Below are positions 9,820-20,423 of a stretch of DNA of 64,000 bases, one piece after another. Both the position numbers and the translations under genes were made by a program. This DNA is from Spirochaetota bacterium (lineage in GTDB: Bacteria; Spirochaetota; UBA4802; UBA5550): NCBI GenBank assembly GCA_050298055.1, contig JBNKTL010000025.1:1-64000 (forward strand), given 5' to 3'. The notes beneath the pieces were generated by a model. That model ran no database searches. It was given only the letters and a program-made list of their open reading frames with translations, and was not told where the DNA came from. The first letter of the stretch is position 1. The number at the start of each line of letters is the position of its first letter.

Positions 9820-12087
9820 TTATTCAGGTATTTCTTCGAAGCCGATAATAACATCATCATCTTTGATGGATGCTGTTACCTTTCCTCCCTTGCTCAGTTT
9901 TCCGAAGAGGACCTCGTCCACAAACTGTGTCTTGATCTTGTCCTGGATAAGCCGTCCGATCTCCCTGGCCCCGAATTCGGGGGAGTATCCTTTATTGGCG
10001 AGCCATTTCATGCACTCATCGGTCACTTCCAGTGTAATGCTCTTTTCTTTGAGCTGTTCCCTGAACTCATTGATATTTTTTTCTACAATCTGAAGTATGA
10101 TGTTCTCATCAAGGTTATTGAAGGTAACGATTGAATCGAGCCTGTTCCTGAACTCCGGTGAGAAGATCCTGTCAACAGCTTCGTTAATGGCGTCCCCGGT
10201 TCGTGCCCTTTCACCGAAACCGAGCTGTCTTTTGCCTATCTCCCGCGCTCCGGCATTTGAGGTCATAATTATTACAACATTCCTGAAGTCGGCTTTTTTT
10301 CCGTTATTGTCCGTGAGTGTGGCGTAATCCATCACCTGGAGCAGTGTGTTGAAGATGTCCTGGTGCGCTTTTTCAATCTCGTCAAGGAGGAGTACGCAGT
10401 GGGGAGTCTTTCTTATACCCTCGGTAAGGAGCCCTCCCTCTTCATATCCCACATATCCCGGAGGGGCGCCGATAAGGCGGGCAACAGTATGCTTCTCCTG
10501 GTATTCACTCATATCAAACCTGATGAGGTTAACGCCCATATTATCGGCAAGCTGCCGGGCCAGTTCTGTTTTTCCCACACCTGTGGGTCCCACGAAGAGG
10601 AATGATGCAATGGGTCTGTCCGGATTGCCGAATCCCGCCCGGTTTCTCTTAATTGCCTGGAATACCGTATTGACCGCGTTGTCCTGTCCGAATATCTGCT
10701 TCTTGAGCATTTCTCCCATGTCCTTGAGCAGGGTCATCTCCGATGTAGAAACGGACTTCTCCGGTATTTTGGCAATCTTGGCAACGATCTTCTCCACCTG
10801 GTCGCTCTCTATGGCAAGATCGCAGCGTTCATCGTCTTCGCAGTACATTCTCTCAAAGGCGCCGGCCTCATCGATAACGTCTATGGCTTTATCGGGAAGG
10901 TGTCTGTCATTTATATATTTGGATGAGAGTTCGGCCGCTGCGCGGATAGCTTCGTCGCTGTATTTCACGTCGTGATACTCTTCATACCTCTCCTTGAGCC
11001 CGTTGAGGATATCGATGGTATCTTCTACTGATGGTTCCGGGATATCGATTTTCTGGAATCTCCTTGAAAGGGCCCGGTCCTTGTCAAAGAACTTTTTATA
11101 CTCTTCATAGGTTGTGGACCCGATGCATTTGATCTTTCCGGAACTCAGTATCGGTTTGAGCATATTTGACGCGTCCATTGAACCTCCGGAAACAGCGCCG
11201 GCCCCCACAACGGTATGTATTTCATCAATAAAAAGGATAACATTATCCATCTTCTCCAGCTCTGTAAGGACCTTCTTGACACGTTCTTCGAAATCTCCTC
11301 TGTATTTTGTTCCCGCCAGGAGTGTTCCCATATCCAGTGAATAGATCTTCGCGTTTTTAAGAGGGCGCGGGACTTTTGCGTCGGCAATCAGCTGTGCCAG
11401 GCCTTCGGTAATGGCTGTTTTCCCCACACCGGGGTCTCCTACGTGTATGGGGTTGTTTTTAATCCTCCTGCAGAGAACCTGCATGGTCCTTTCAAGGATA
11501 TCTTCCCTTCCGATGAGGGGATCAATTTCTCCCCGTTTTGCCTTTTCAGTGAGTTCTGTTGTAAATGCCTGGAGTATCTTTGAGTCCTTCTTTGTTTCTT
11601 CCTCCTGCAGTTCTTCATCCTCGTCGATAAATTCATCACCATTCAGCTCATTCTCTCCGGGCAAAAGAGGAACGCCGTGGGAAATATAGTTGAGGAGGCT
11701 GTACTTTGTTATCCCTTCACTCTGGAGGAAATAAGCGGCGTACGAATCCTTTTCATCAAAAATGGCCACGTAAACATCTCCGAGATCCAGCTCTTCCTTT
11801 TCTGCTGATGTCGTATGCCATATTGCCTTCTCCATAATATTCTGGAATCCAACAGACTGGATAGGCTCACCCTCTTCGACAACAGGTATCTTTTCTTTAA
11901 AATAATCTTCAATATTTGAGAGAAGATTGCTTACATCACCGCCAACGTTCTCAATAATTTTTTTTCCTTCGTTGTTATGAAGTGCCGCATAGAGAACATG
12001 TTCAGGAGTAAGAAACTCATGTTTTTTATCCTGTGCTTCATTGAAAGCAGCCATCAGGACTTTGTTTAATTCTTCGTTAATCTTCAT
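9820..12087 (-). CDS. clpA: ATP-dependent Clp protease ATP-binding subunit ClpA
   Basis: Clp-N domain, two AAA+ modules (GDPGVGKT, GPTGVGKT, RFDMSEYQEKH), no M-domain; clpS-clpA-aat synteny. Confidence 0.97.
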   Translation of the reverse strand: MKINEELNKVLMAAFNEAQDKKHEFLTPEHVLYAALHNNEGKKIIENVGGDVSNLLSNIEDYFKEKIPVVEEGEPIQSVGFQNIMEKAIWHTTSAEKEELDLGDVYVAIFDEKDSYAAYFLQSEGITKYSLLNYISHGVPLLPGENELNGDEFIDEDEELQEEETKKDSKILQAFTTELTEKAKRGEIDPLIGREDILERTMQVLCRRIKNNPIHVGDPGVGKTAITEGLAQLIADAKVPRPLKNAKIYSLDMGTLLAGTKYRGDFEERVKKVLTELEKMDNVILFIDEIHTVVGAGAVSGGSMDASNMLKPILSSGKIKCIGSTTYEEYKKFFDKDRALSRRFQKIDIPEPSVEDTIDILNGLKERYEEYHDVKYSDEAIRAAAELSSKYINDRHLPDKAIDVIDEAGAFERMYCEDDERCDLAIESDQVEKIVAKIAKIPEKSVSTSEMTLLKDMGEMLKKQIFGQDNAVNTVFQAIKRNRAGFGNPDRPIASFLFVGPTGVGKTELARQLADNMGVNLIRFDMSEYQEKHTVARLIGAPPGYVGYEEGGLLTEGIRKTPHCVLLLDEIEKAHQDIFNTLLQVMDYATLTDNNGKKADFRNVVIIMTSNAGAREIGKRQLGFGERARTGDAINEAVDRIFSPEFRNRLDSIVTFNNLDENIILQIVEKNINEFREQLKEKSITLEVTDECMKWLANKGYSPEFGAREIGRLIQDKIKTQFVDEVLFGKLSKGGKVTASIKDDDVIIGFEEIPE

Positions 12088-12138
12088 AACAGTCTTTTTT
12101 ATCCGTAGAGATCCAAAATATAATTAAGGAAATTTCCT

Positions 12139-12462
12139 TTATACCTCCTCACAGGAGGATTTTAACGGGAAATCTCTCTCCCTGGCCATTTGATGGACCT
12201 GGTTGATTTTTGTTACGGCAATATCGTAACTGTAGATTCCGCATAAACCTTTTCCTTTTTTATGGACATTGAGCATTATTTCAGTTGCCTTTGCCGCATT
12301 CATATGAAATATCTTCATTAAGACTTCAATAACAAAGTCCATTGTGGTATAGTGATCGTTATGCAGAATAACCCGGTACATTTTCGGTTCATCAAGTTTT
12401 TGCTCTTCTTTTAATTCCAGGTCACCGTCGAATATATTATCATAATCGGATTTACTTCCCAT
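12139..12462 (-). CDS. clpS: Clp protease adaptor ClpS
   Basis: YRVILHNDHYTTMDFV..MLNVHKKGKG..FPLK; start 12462 gives correct spacing from GGAGG (alternative 12468). Confidence 0.96.
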   Translation of the reverse strand: MGSKSDYDNIFDGDLELKEEQKLDEPKMYRVILHNDHYTTMDFVIEVLMKIFHMNAAKATEIMLNVHKKGKGLCGIYSYDIAVTKINQVHQMARERDFPLKSSCEEV

Positions 12463-12543
12463 TAACATCCTCCATTATGCATATATTCTCCCGCATTTGA
12501 ATAATATTGAGATAAGTATTTATTTTCAACTTTTTTTCCTTTG

Positions 12544-13149
12544 TTATTTGTGAAAATGCTCCATTATTGCTTGAGCCATCAGCCTGTATCCTTCATCTGT
12601 GGGATGGACCATATCTGTTTGTACAAGATTGGAAAAGTCATAGCCCTCTGTCAACTTTCTTTCCCAGTATCGGTGTACTTCAACCAGCGGCAGGCCTTCG
12701 TTTTTTGAGATTTCTGAGAGTACCCGGTAGTATTTATTAATGCGGTTATTTTCTTTTTCATTGTTGAGTAAAACAGAAGTCATAAGGAGAATTTCTGATT
12801 CTGTTTTTTCTCTGATAACCTTAATCATTTCATGTATATTGTCACGGTAATTTTCAGGTGAATATCCTGTATATGCATCGTTGAGGGCAAACTGGATGAA
12901 AACCAGGTCCGGTTCGCTCTCCAGTACATCACGCTTAAGCCTTCTTCTGCCGTCAGCCGCGGTATCTCCGGGAATTCCCCTGTTTATTATCATTACCCGG
13001 TTTCCCGGAAACCTGATTTCAAGCATTTCTTGCAGAAATTTCAGATAACCTTTCTCGACCATCCATCCATATGTTAACGAATCACCAAAGGCTACAAAAT
13101 TGAGACTATTACCCTGTCTTAACCCGGTAAGTGTTTTTTCCAGTTTCAT
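12544..13149 (-). CDS. SGNH/GDSL hydrolase
   Basis: FGDSLT, NRGIPG, FALND and DMVHP blocks. Confidence 0.9.
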   Translation of the reverse strand: MKLEKTLTGLRQGNSLNFVAFGDSLTYGWMVEKGYLKFLQEMLEIRFPGNRVMIINRGIPGDTAADGRRRLKRDVLESEPDLVFIQFALNDAYTGYSPENYRDNIHEMIKVIREKTESEILLMTSVLLNNEKENNRINKYYRVLSEISKNEGLPLVEVHRYWERKLTEGYDFSNLVQTDMVHPTDEGYRLMAQAIMEHFHK

Positions 13150-13213
13150 ATTTTCCTTCAACCATAATATGTTTCTCTTTATATATATAGCTGAGCAGTT
13201 ACAACGATATTTT

Positions 13214-13345
13214 GTAACTGCCCGGCCATCTATGAATAATTATATTCATCATAATTAATATGTCCCCGCCGTCCAAGGCGGCGGGGACATATTGTTGATA
13301 TTTTAGTAAATAAATGCATTTTTCAATGAATTATCAGTTTTTTAT
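13214..13345 (-). mobile_element. MITE-like repeat copy 3 (inverted orientation)
   Basis: Reverse complement reads TAAAATATCAACAATATGTCCCCGCCGCCTTGGACGGCGGGGACATATTAATTAT...GGGCAGTTAC; aligns to copy 4 on both sides of the hairpin; the 13345 boundary is approximate. Confidence 0.7.
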
Positions 13346-13581
13346 AAATGAGAAAAAAATATTTGATTACAAGTCATTTATGTTGTAAATAATTGAGAAA
13401 CTCCTTTGAATTTCCTTTATTAAAAATAATTCACATATTTATTTTAAAGTAGTTAATTTTTTTTAGTAAATTTTTAATATTATCATTGATTTAATAGTTA
13501 TCTTTTTGTATAATTTTATAATATTTCCATTTGGTGAGGATAATATAATATTTATGAGCAACAGTTATTCCGGGGGGATGT

Positions 13582-14088
13582 ATGAAAATTGAAATCACCA
13601 TACTCGGCCTTTTAATGGAGAGAAATCTTTACGGTTATGAAATAAAAAAGAAGATTGTTGAAAAACTTGAAGATTATGTAGATATCAAGTTTGGCTCAAT
13701 TTACTATGCCATAAAAAAAGCAGTCAGCAATGGATGGGTAAGAAGAGTTGGTACGGAGAAGGAGAGCGGGAATCCTGAAAGATATGTCTATGAGATTCTT
13801 CCTGTAGGAAAAAAGCATTATAAGAAACTTCTCAAACAGTTTTTTGATCAGAACATGATCCATTTTAATATTGATATCGTTCTGATGTTCCTTAATTTTC
13901 TCAGTGAAGAGCAGAGAGCACAGTTCGTTGAAGAGAGAACTGAGCTTATAAAAGAAAAACTCGATGCTATCAGGGAAAAAATCTCCAGGGAAAAGGGAGC
14001 GGATAATGAGATGTCAAACTACTTTGTTCTCTCTTATATTGAACAGCACCTGAAAGCAGAACTTTCCTGGTTAAAAACCATTGACTAA
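13582..14088 (+). CDS. PadR-family transcriptional regulator
   Basis: ILGLL..YGYEI..GSIYYAI..YEI winged helix plus C-terminal helices ending ELSWL. Confidence 0.9.
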   Translation: MKIEITILGLLMERNLYGYEIKKKIVEKLEDYVDIKFGSIYYAIKKAVSNGWVRRVGTEKESGNPERYVYEILPVGKKHYKKLLKQFFDQNMIHFNIDIVLMFLNFLSEEQRAQFVEERTELIKEKLDAIREKISREKGADNEMSNYFVLSYIEQHLKAELSWLKTID

Positions 14089-15129
14089 ATCATCAAGAAA
14101 GTCTGCCTTTTTTTTCAGCCTGATTTCCTCAACTTTTTCTTTCAGATATCTGAGATCTTTTTCAGCCCTGTCAAATTCGGAATTTAAGCGTTCATTTTTA
14201 TTTTCTTCACTGAAGTTTTTCTCTACCAGAGACTGGTTTGTGGATTCAATCCTCACAATATTGTAGTTATGTTTTTTTGCAAGGGAACAGGCAATGTCCT
14301 TGAGAAGGGAGGTCTGTTCTTTTGACATCTCCTTGAGAGAACTTCGTGAAATTTTTGAAATGACAACATTGTTTTTTGCGGTAAGCGTTGCTGTTCTTTT
14401 TTCGCCCAGGAGAAGGGCCATCTCTCCAAAAACAGTTCCCGATTCTTCTATTGTGGCCACTTTATTCCCGTTAACCGCAACATCAATAGAACCGCTGTTG
14501 AGAATGTACATCTCATCACCACAGGTATTTTCTTCACAGATAATGGAACTCCTGGGGTATTCCACCATCTTGTCAGAGAGATTGTGTGTGTCTGAAATCT
14601 TTGTAGGTTCGGAGGATTTGGAGAATGCTTCCCCCTTTTTATACGAAAGGGTGGTCTCATAGTCATTTAAAATTTCTCTGAGCCATTGCAGTTTCCTTTT
14701 ATCATATTCCTCCCTGAGTTTAGTAAGTATTAAATAGAACTCAATGAGCATCTCTCTTGTCCTATTGGCTTTTCCCGTAAGGTCATTTATATTTTTATGG
14801 ATGATATTATTAGTGAGTAAGACCTGTTTTGCTATTACAATGGAGGTATTGAGTGCAAATGAATAGATATTCATTCCATTGATGAATTTATCCGTGGATA
14901 TTTTTTTTATCTTGCTTTCCCGGTCCGTTACTGCAGTTTCAAGCCTGTTTGTTCTCATTCCCAGCAACCTGCTGAGTATCAGTTCTGTTGCTCCTATTAT
15001 GAGGTTTTTTCCCCTTATTACGTACTTGTCCATCTCGGATACAAAAAAGTAAACATTCCCTTCATTGAGAAGGTATACAGAATCAGGTTCTGATGTGCCG
15101 CTGTAGAGTTTGATATAGTTCTGGTTCAT
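14071..15129 (-). CDS. Cyclic-nucleotide-binding domain protein (one degenerate and one canonical cNMP domain)
   Basis: GDEMYILNSGSIDV..FGEMALLLGEKRTATLTAK; N-terminal VYLLNEGNV..IIGATELIL..RLETAV; start set at MNQNY, 10 bp after the CheY-like stop. Confidence 0.85.
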   Translation of the reverse strand: MNQNYIKLYSGTSEPDSVYLLNEGNVYFFVSEMDKYVIRGKNLIIGATELILSRLLGMRTNRLETAVTDRESKIKKISTDKFINGMNIYSFALNTSIVIAKQVLLTNNIIHKNINDLTGKANRTREMLIEFYLILTKLREEYDKRKLQWLREILNDYETTLSYKKGEAFSKSSEPTKISDTHNLSDKMVEYPRSSIICEENTCGDEMYILNSGSIDVAVNGNKVATIEESGTVFGEMALLLGEKRTATLTAKNNVVISKISRSSLKEMSKEQTSLLKDIACSLAKKHNYNIVRIESTNQSLVEKNFSEENKNERLNSEFDRAEKDLRYLKEKVEEIRLKKKADFLDDLVNGF

Positions 15130-15139
15130 AATAATATTT

Positions 15140-15496
15140 TCACAGAATTTTCTCAATGGTAGCGAGAAGCTTTTCTTTTTCAAAGGGTTTTGTAATATAT
15201 GCGGAAGGGCTGATACCCTGATCGCTTATTTTTATTGTATTGTCACTGAGTGCCGATATGATGATTATTTTTGCATTGCTGTCAAATTCCAGGATTTCTC
15301 TGATAGTATTTATACCGTCTTTGCCTCCCATTGTTATATCCATTGTGACAAAGTCAGGATTATAGTGCCTGTAACACTCAATGCCGTCAGCCCCATTATC
15401 GGCTTCTGCGATAACCTCGTGACCTCCATTTTCCAGGGTTTCCCGAATTATTCTTCTCATGAACTTAGAATCATCTACTATCAGTGCTTTTCCCAT
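15140..15496 (-). CDS. CheY-like single-domain response regulator
   Basis: ALIVDDSKFMR, VTMDITM, IISAL, YITKPF. Confidence 0.9.
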   Translation of the reverse strand: MGKALIVDDSKFMRRIIRETLENGGHEVIAEADNGADGIECYRHYNPDFVTMDITMGGKDGINTIREILEFDSNAKIIIISALSDNTIKISDQGISPSAYITKPFEKEKLLATIEKIL

Positions 15497-15790
15497 TTTC
15501 AATACCTGTTTTATTAATAGAGAGAATCATACTGCATATATGCACAAAATCTCATCTTATATATTAAAGATCTGTTCAATATCACATTTTTATCATGGTT
15601 GTTTCATTTAGCAATAACTTTTAAAACAAATTTTGTAACTACTCAGATATGCCAATTTTCAACGAAAATTTGTGTAACTGTTGCTTGACAAAAATATACG
15701 TACAAAATTATCTTATATCTGACCATAATAATTTTTTTACTGCAGGGAATAATTATTCGTATTGCCATTAAGCTTACCGAGGAGAAATTG

Positions 15791-17287
15791 ATGAAAGATT
15801 TGGATGGTTTTTCAGCAGAAGACCTGTTTACAATGAAAAAAGGACTGGCATATAATGATTTTATCATATTGCCGGGATTCATAGATTTTTCCGTGGATGA
15901 TGTTGTCCTGGAATCGAGACTTACCAGGAACATCATACTGAAAAGCCCAATGGTCTCAAGCCCAATGGATACGGTAACTGAGTCAGAGATGGCAATCGGA
16001 ATGGCCCTTCTTGGTGGTATCGGCATAATACACTACAATAACAGCATTGAGCAGCAGGTCAATGAGGTCAGGAAAGTCAAAAGATTTGAGAACGGATTTA
16101 TCAATGACCCCATGGTTCTCTCACCGGGAAATACTATCGAGGATATCGATACCATAAAGGAAAAGTACGGATTTTCCGGCATTCCCATAACAGAAGATGG
16201 AAAGTTGAATTCAAAGCTCATTGGGATTGTAACAAACAGGGACATCGATTTTGAAACTGACAGGGGAAAAAAACTCTCCGAAGTAATGACAACCGATCTT
16301 CTTACCGCCAAACAGGGGATCTCTCTTGCCGAAGCTAACAATATCCTGAAAACTTCTAAAAAGGGGAAGCTTCCCATTGTCAATGATAAGGGGAGGCTTG
16401 TTGCCCTTATGAGCAGGAGCGACCTTTTGAAAAACAGGGAGTACCCCAAAGCATCGAAAGATGATGAAAAACAACTCCTGGTCGGTGCGGCAATTTCTAC
16501 AAAACAGGAAGCCAGGGAGAGGCTGGATGCTCTCCATGAAGCCGGGGTTGATGTTGTTATCATCGATTCCGCCCAGGGAAACTCGGTCTTTCAGATCGAT
16601 ATGATAAAGCACATCAAGAAGAAATACCCGGACATTGAAGTCATCGGCGGAAATGTGGTAACAGAGGAGCAGTGTGAAAGCCTTATAAAGGCAGGTGCTG
16701 ACGGCCTCAGGATCGGGATGGGTCCCGGTTCCATCTGTACCACCCAGACGACCATGTCTGTGGGGCGGTCACAGGCTACGGCTGTTTTCAGGACCGCCAG
16801 GTACTCCAGGAAGCACAACATTCCTGTCATTGCAGACGGGGGGATCTCGACAATAGGGCACATCTCCAAGGCCCTTGCTCTGGGCGCGTCAACGGTGATG
16901 ATGGGTTCCATGTTTGCCGGTACAGCCGAGGCCCCGGGCGAGTATTTTTACGAGAAGGGTGTACGCCTCAAGAAGTACAGGGGGATGGCTTCCCAGGAGG
17001 CAATGGAGGTGGGAGGTTCCAAGAGGTATTTTGCCGAAGATGTCGCCATCCGGGTGGCACAGGGGGTCTCCGGGGCCGTTGTTGACAAAGGATCTCTCTT
17101 CGATTACCTCCCCTATATCATTCAGGGGATTAACCATTCATTCCAGGACATAGGTGTACGGGATGTGAAGACCCTCCATGAGAGAAGTTATTCGGGGGAG
17201 CTCCGGTTTGAACTCCGCTCAACCTCGGCGCAGCTTGAGGGGGGTGTCCACGATATGCACTCCTATAATGAACCGAAGTATATGTAG
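15791..17287 (+). CDS. guaB: Inosine-5'-monophosphate dehydrogenase (eukaryote-like type)
   Basis: [12 protein letters not shown] pair, [11 protein letters not shown] catalytic loop, KKYRGMAS. Confidence 0.97.
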   Translation: MKDLDGFSAEDLFTMKKGLAYNDFIILPGFIDFSVDDVVLESRLTRNIILKSPMVSSPMDTVTESEMAIGMALLGGIGIIHYNNSIEQQVNEVRKVKRFENGFINDPMVLSPGNTIEDIDTIKEKYGFSGIPITEDGKLNSKLIGIVTNRDIDFETDRGKKLSEVMTTDLLTAKQGISLAEANNILKTSKKGKLPIVNDKGRLVALMSRSDLLKNREYPKASKDDEKQLLVGAAISTKQEARERLDALHEAGVDVVIIDSAQGNSVFQIDMIKHIKKKYPDIEVIGGNVVTEEQCESLIKAGADGLRIGMGPGSICTTQTTMSVGRSQATAVFRTARYSRKHNIPVIADGGISTIGHISKALALGASTVMMGSMFAGTAEAPGEYFYEKGVRLKKYRGMASQEAMEVGGSKRYFAEDVAIRVAQGVSGAVVDKGSLFDYLPYIIQGINHSFQDIGVRDVKTLHERSYSGELRFELRSTSAQLEGGVHDMHSYNEPKYM

Positions 17288-17733
17288 TGAACGACATCGA
17301 TTTCATGAAAATCGCCCTTAAAGAAGCCGAAGCAGGGTATAAAAGAGGTGAGGTCCCGGTGGGAGCGGTTCTCGTAAAGGAGGGAGAGGTCATTGCCAGG
17401 GCCGGAAACAGGAACCGGGAGATGAACAGTCCCCTCCTCCACGGGGAGATGATCGTAATCAAGGAGGGGTCAGAGCACTTCTCCAATGAAAGACTCACCG
17501 GGTGTGAGCTCTATGTGACCAAGGAGCCCTGCTCCATGTGTGCCGGGGCCATTGTCCATGCCCGGATATCCCGGGTGATCATCGGGGCCGGGGACAGCAG
17601 GTACGGGGCCTGCGGGACGGCGCTCTCTGTCTGCGGAAACCGGGTACTTAACCATGTGCCTGAGTTGGTTTTCGGTATCCTTGAGGAAGAGGCTGCCGGT
17701 TTATTAAGGGAGTTCTTCCGTGAAAGGCGGTAA
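17287..17733 (+). CDS. tadA: tRNA adenosine(34) deaminase
   Basis: GEVPVGAV, HGE, EPCSMCAGA, REFFRERR. Confidence 0.9.
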   Translation: MNDIDFMKIALKEAEAGYKRGEVPVGAVLVKEGEVIARAGNRNREMNSPLLHGEMIVIKEGSEHFSNERLTGCELYVTKEPCSMCAGAIVHARISRVIIGAGDSRYGACGTALSVCGNRVLNHVPELVFGILEEEAAGLLREFFRERR

Positions 17734-17908
17734 AACCACCTCTTCAGGGGATATCTGACTTCTACTCATTTTTTTTAACCACCAAGACGCAGAGATTAAG
17801 ATAATGTTAAATATTGAATTTTAAATATGGGAATCTCTACACCCTTAAAATGAAAATTTAATAAAAAAATAATCTTGATTAATAGTTCGGTAATACAATT
17901 CTATCGCC

Positions 17909-18877
17909 ATGCCTGTGTACAAAGCTACAGATGAAAACATCGCCAGGGCCGCGGAGATTATCCGGTCAGGGGGCCTTGTCTCGTTTCCTACCGAGACGGT
18001 CTACGGCCTGGGCGCAGATGCCCTGAACCCTGTCTCCGTTGCGCGGATATTCCAGGTGAAGGAGCGGCCCTTTTTCGATCCCCTGATCGTGCACCTTGCG
18101 GATTTATCGGAGCTTGGAACTGCTGCACGGGAGATTGCGCCGGCAGCGAAGATTCTCGCCGAAAAGTTCTGGCCGGGACCGCTGACACTGGTACTTCCCC
18201 GGCGGGAGAGGATCCCCGATATTGTAACTTCGGGACTTGATACCGTAGCCTGCAGGGTCCCTTCTCATCCCGTGGCCCGGAAACTCATAAGCCTTTCGGA
18301 AACACTTATCGCCGCTCCCAGTGCGAATCCTTTCGGTTACCTGAGTCCAACCCGGGCTGAGCATGTGGAGAGCCAGCTGGGCGGAAAGATTGAAATGGTT
18401 CTTGATGGAGGTCCCTCTCCTGTGGGTGTAGAATCTACAATAGTCAAGATAGAGAATGATGAGATCTCCCTGCTCCGGCCGGGAGGTATTCCCGTTGAAG
18501 AGATTGAAAAGGTTGCGGGAAAAATCAGGAAAATGAAGGACACCATAACAAATCCTGAATCTCCGGGTCAGCTTGATTATCACTATTCTCCCTCAAAAAG
18601 AGTGAAAATAATGAAGGATATCGATTTCAGTGATCAGAATGCCTGCTTTCTTCTCTATAAGGTGCCGGATGGGAGCTATCCGAAAGAGAAAACGGTATTT
18701 CTCTCCCGTGAAGGGAACCTTGTTGAAGCTGCGGCAAACCTCTTCACGCACCTTCATGCGCTTGACAAACGTAATTGTTCGGTTATAATAGCCGAAGAGA
18801 TGCCTCAGAAAGGGCTTGGCCGTGCCATTATGGACCGTCTGATAAAGGCATCGAAGAAAACAGATGAACCGGAGTAA
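17909..18877 (+). CDS. tsaC: L-threonylcarbamoyladenylate synthase (TsaC with SUA5 domain)
   Basis: FPTETVYGLGA, KER, APSAN, SPGQLDYHYSP, AIMDRLIKA. Confidence 0.95.
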   Translation: MPVYKATDENIARAAEIIRSGGLVSFPTETVYGLGADALNPVSVARIFQVKERPFFDPLIVHLADLSELGTAAREIAPAAKILAEKFWPGPLTLVLPRRERIPDIVTSGLDTVACRVPSHPVARKLISLSETLIAAPSANPFGYLSPTRAEHVESQLGGKIEMVLDGGPSPVGVESTIVKIENDEISLLRPGGIPVEEIEKVAGKIRKMKDTITNPESPGQLDYHYSPSKRVKIMKDIDFSDQNACFLLYKVPDGSYPKEKTVFLSREGNLVEAAANLFTHLHALDKRNCSVIIAEEMPQKGLGRAIMDRLIKASKKTDEPE

Positions 18878-18879
18878 AA

Positions 18880-19668
18880 ATGGAACATGAAAATCTTTTC
18901 AGGAATGGTGAGAAATTCAGGGACTCTATTGCAGGGGGCTTTTATGCTTTCTTCAGGTCTTTTGGTGTGGTTAAAGAGCAGAAGGGGCTAACCGGATATT
19001 TTATCATACCCTTTCTCCTTAATATTATCATACTCTCTTCGATTTTTTTCTTTTCATACTACTTTATGAAGCCGTGGCTTATGGAAATATTTGCCGGTGA
19101 TTCATGGTATCTCAACCTTGTCAGGTTTCTCATCAAGCCGCTGCTCATGGGAGCGCTCTTTTTCCTGACGATTATTCTCTATTCAATAGTGGGAAGTATC
19201 GTAACATCACCCTTTAATGATTTACTTTCTCAAAAGGTGGAAGAGAAGATCACCGGCGCTGATTTTAATGAAAAGTTTTCTCTGACCATATTTATTACTG
19301 ATATTGTGCGTATTGCTTCAAACATGATAAAGATGCTTTCCCTGATAATTATACTCAATATGGTTCTTTTGGTTATTAACCTTGTCCCGGTTGCCGGAAA
19401 CATAATTTACTCGGTTCTCGGTTTTCTTGTTACGGCGTTTTTTCTCGGGTTCCAGTTCTTTGACTTTCCCCTTGAAAGGAGAAAGTATCGTTTCAAAGAG
19501 AAGCTGAGGGTGGGGATCCGGTTTAAATTCCAGGTTATCGGGCTGGGGGCTGCATTCTTCATTGTCTCCTTTGTTCCCCTGGTGGGATTTATGGGTCTTA
19601 ACTGCGGCACCATTGGTGCGACCCTGCTTTTTATTGAAAACATTAAACCGGTTTTAAAAAAAGATTAA
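18880..19668 (+). CDS. EI24/CysZ-like membrane protein
   Basis: Multiple TM segments, SPFNDLLSQKVE and QFFDFPLERR motifs. Confidence 0.8.
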   Translation: MEHENLFRNGEKFRDSIAGGFYAFFRSFGVVKEQKGLTGYFIIPFLLNIIILSSIFFFSYYFMKPWLMEIFAGDSWYLNLVRFLIKPLLMGALFFLTIILYSIVGSIVTSPFNDLLSQKVEEKITGADFNEKFSLTIFITDIVRIASNMIKMLSLIIILNMVLLVINLVPVAGNIIYSVLGFLVTAFFLGFQFFDFPLERRKYRFKEKLRVGIRFKFQVIGLGAAFFIVSFVPLVGFMGLNCGTIGATLLFIENIKPVLKKD

Positions 19669-19682
19669 ATCTTTCCCGGGAC

Positions 19683-20318
19683 ATGAAAAAAATAAGCAAA
19701 CCTCTTTTTATTGTTTTCGAAGGAATTGACGGTTCGGGAAAAACAACCCAGTCTGAGATGCTATACAGGGACTTCCTTGATAACGAAATTGAGTGCCGGT
19801 GGATGATGGAGCCGACCGAGGGCCAGTGGGGAAGAAAGATCAGGGAGATCCTGAGGGGAGAGGAGATGCCCGGTGCCGAAGAAATGCTGAGGCTCTTTAT
19901 CCTGGACAGGGAAGATGATGTGGATAAAAACATCATTCCCAGTATAAACAGAAATATTCATGTCATACTGGACCGCTACTACTATTCCAATGCGGCCTAC
20001 CAGGGAGCAATGGGGCTTTCTCCGGAGGAAATAATCCGTGAAAACAGAAAAATGAATTTCCCCGAACCGGACCGCGTATACTTTATTGATGTAACACCGG
20101 AAATTGCCCTTGAAAGACTTGCCGCGAGAAACAGTGAAGGCGGGAGGGAGCTTTTTGAAAGAAGCGCCTTTCTCAAAAAAGTCAGGGATATCTACCATCA
20201 GCTTGCCGGGGAGAATTTTCTCATAGTTGACGGATCGGGGAGCATTGATGATATCTTTAAAACGATTAAAGAAGACTGGATGAAACTTTTTGACCGGAAA
20301 AATGAAACCTCATTCTGA
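19683..20318 (+). CDS. tmk: Thymidylate kinase
   Basis: FEGIDGSGKTTQ P-loop, LDRYYYSNAAYQG. Confidence 0.96.
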   Translation: MKKISKPLFIVFEGIDGSGKTTQSEMLYRDFLDNEIECRWMMEPTEGQWGRKIREILRGEEMPGAEEMLRLFILDREDDVDKNIIPSINRNIHVILDRYYYSNAAYQGAMGLSPEEIIRENRKMNFPEPDRVYFIDVTPEIALERLAARNSEGGRELFERSAFLKKVRDIYHQLAGENFLIVDGSGSIDDIFKTIKEDWMKLFDRKNETSF

Positions 20319-20423
20319 AAAAAAAGACCAATTGATAAGCAGAGATATAATGCTTGACTAATCAGCGGGATTTTTAATGGTATTATTTCTGCAATATGAT
20401 TTTTATTTGAGGATAATGAAACG

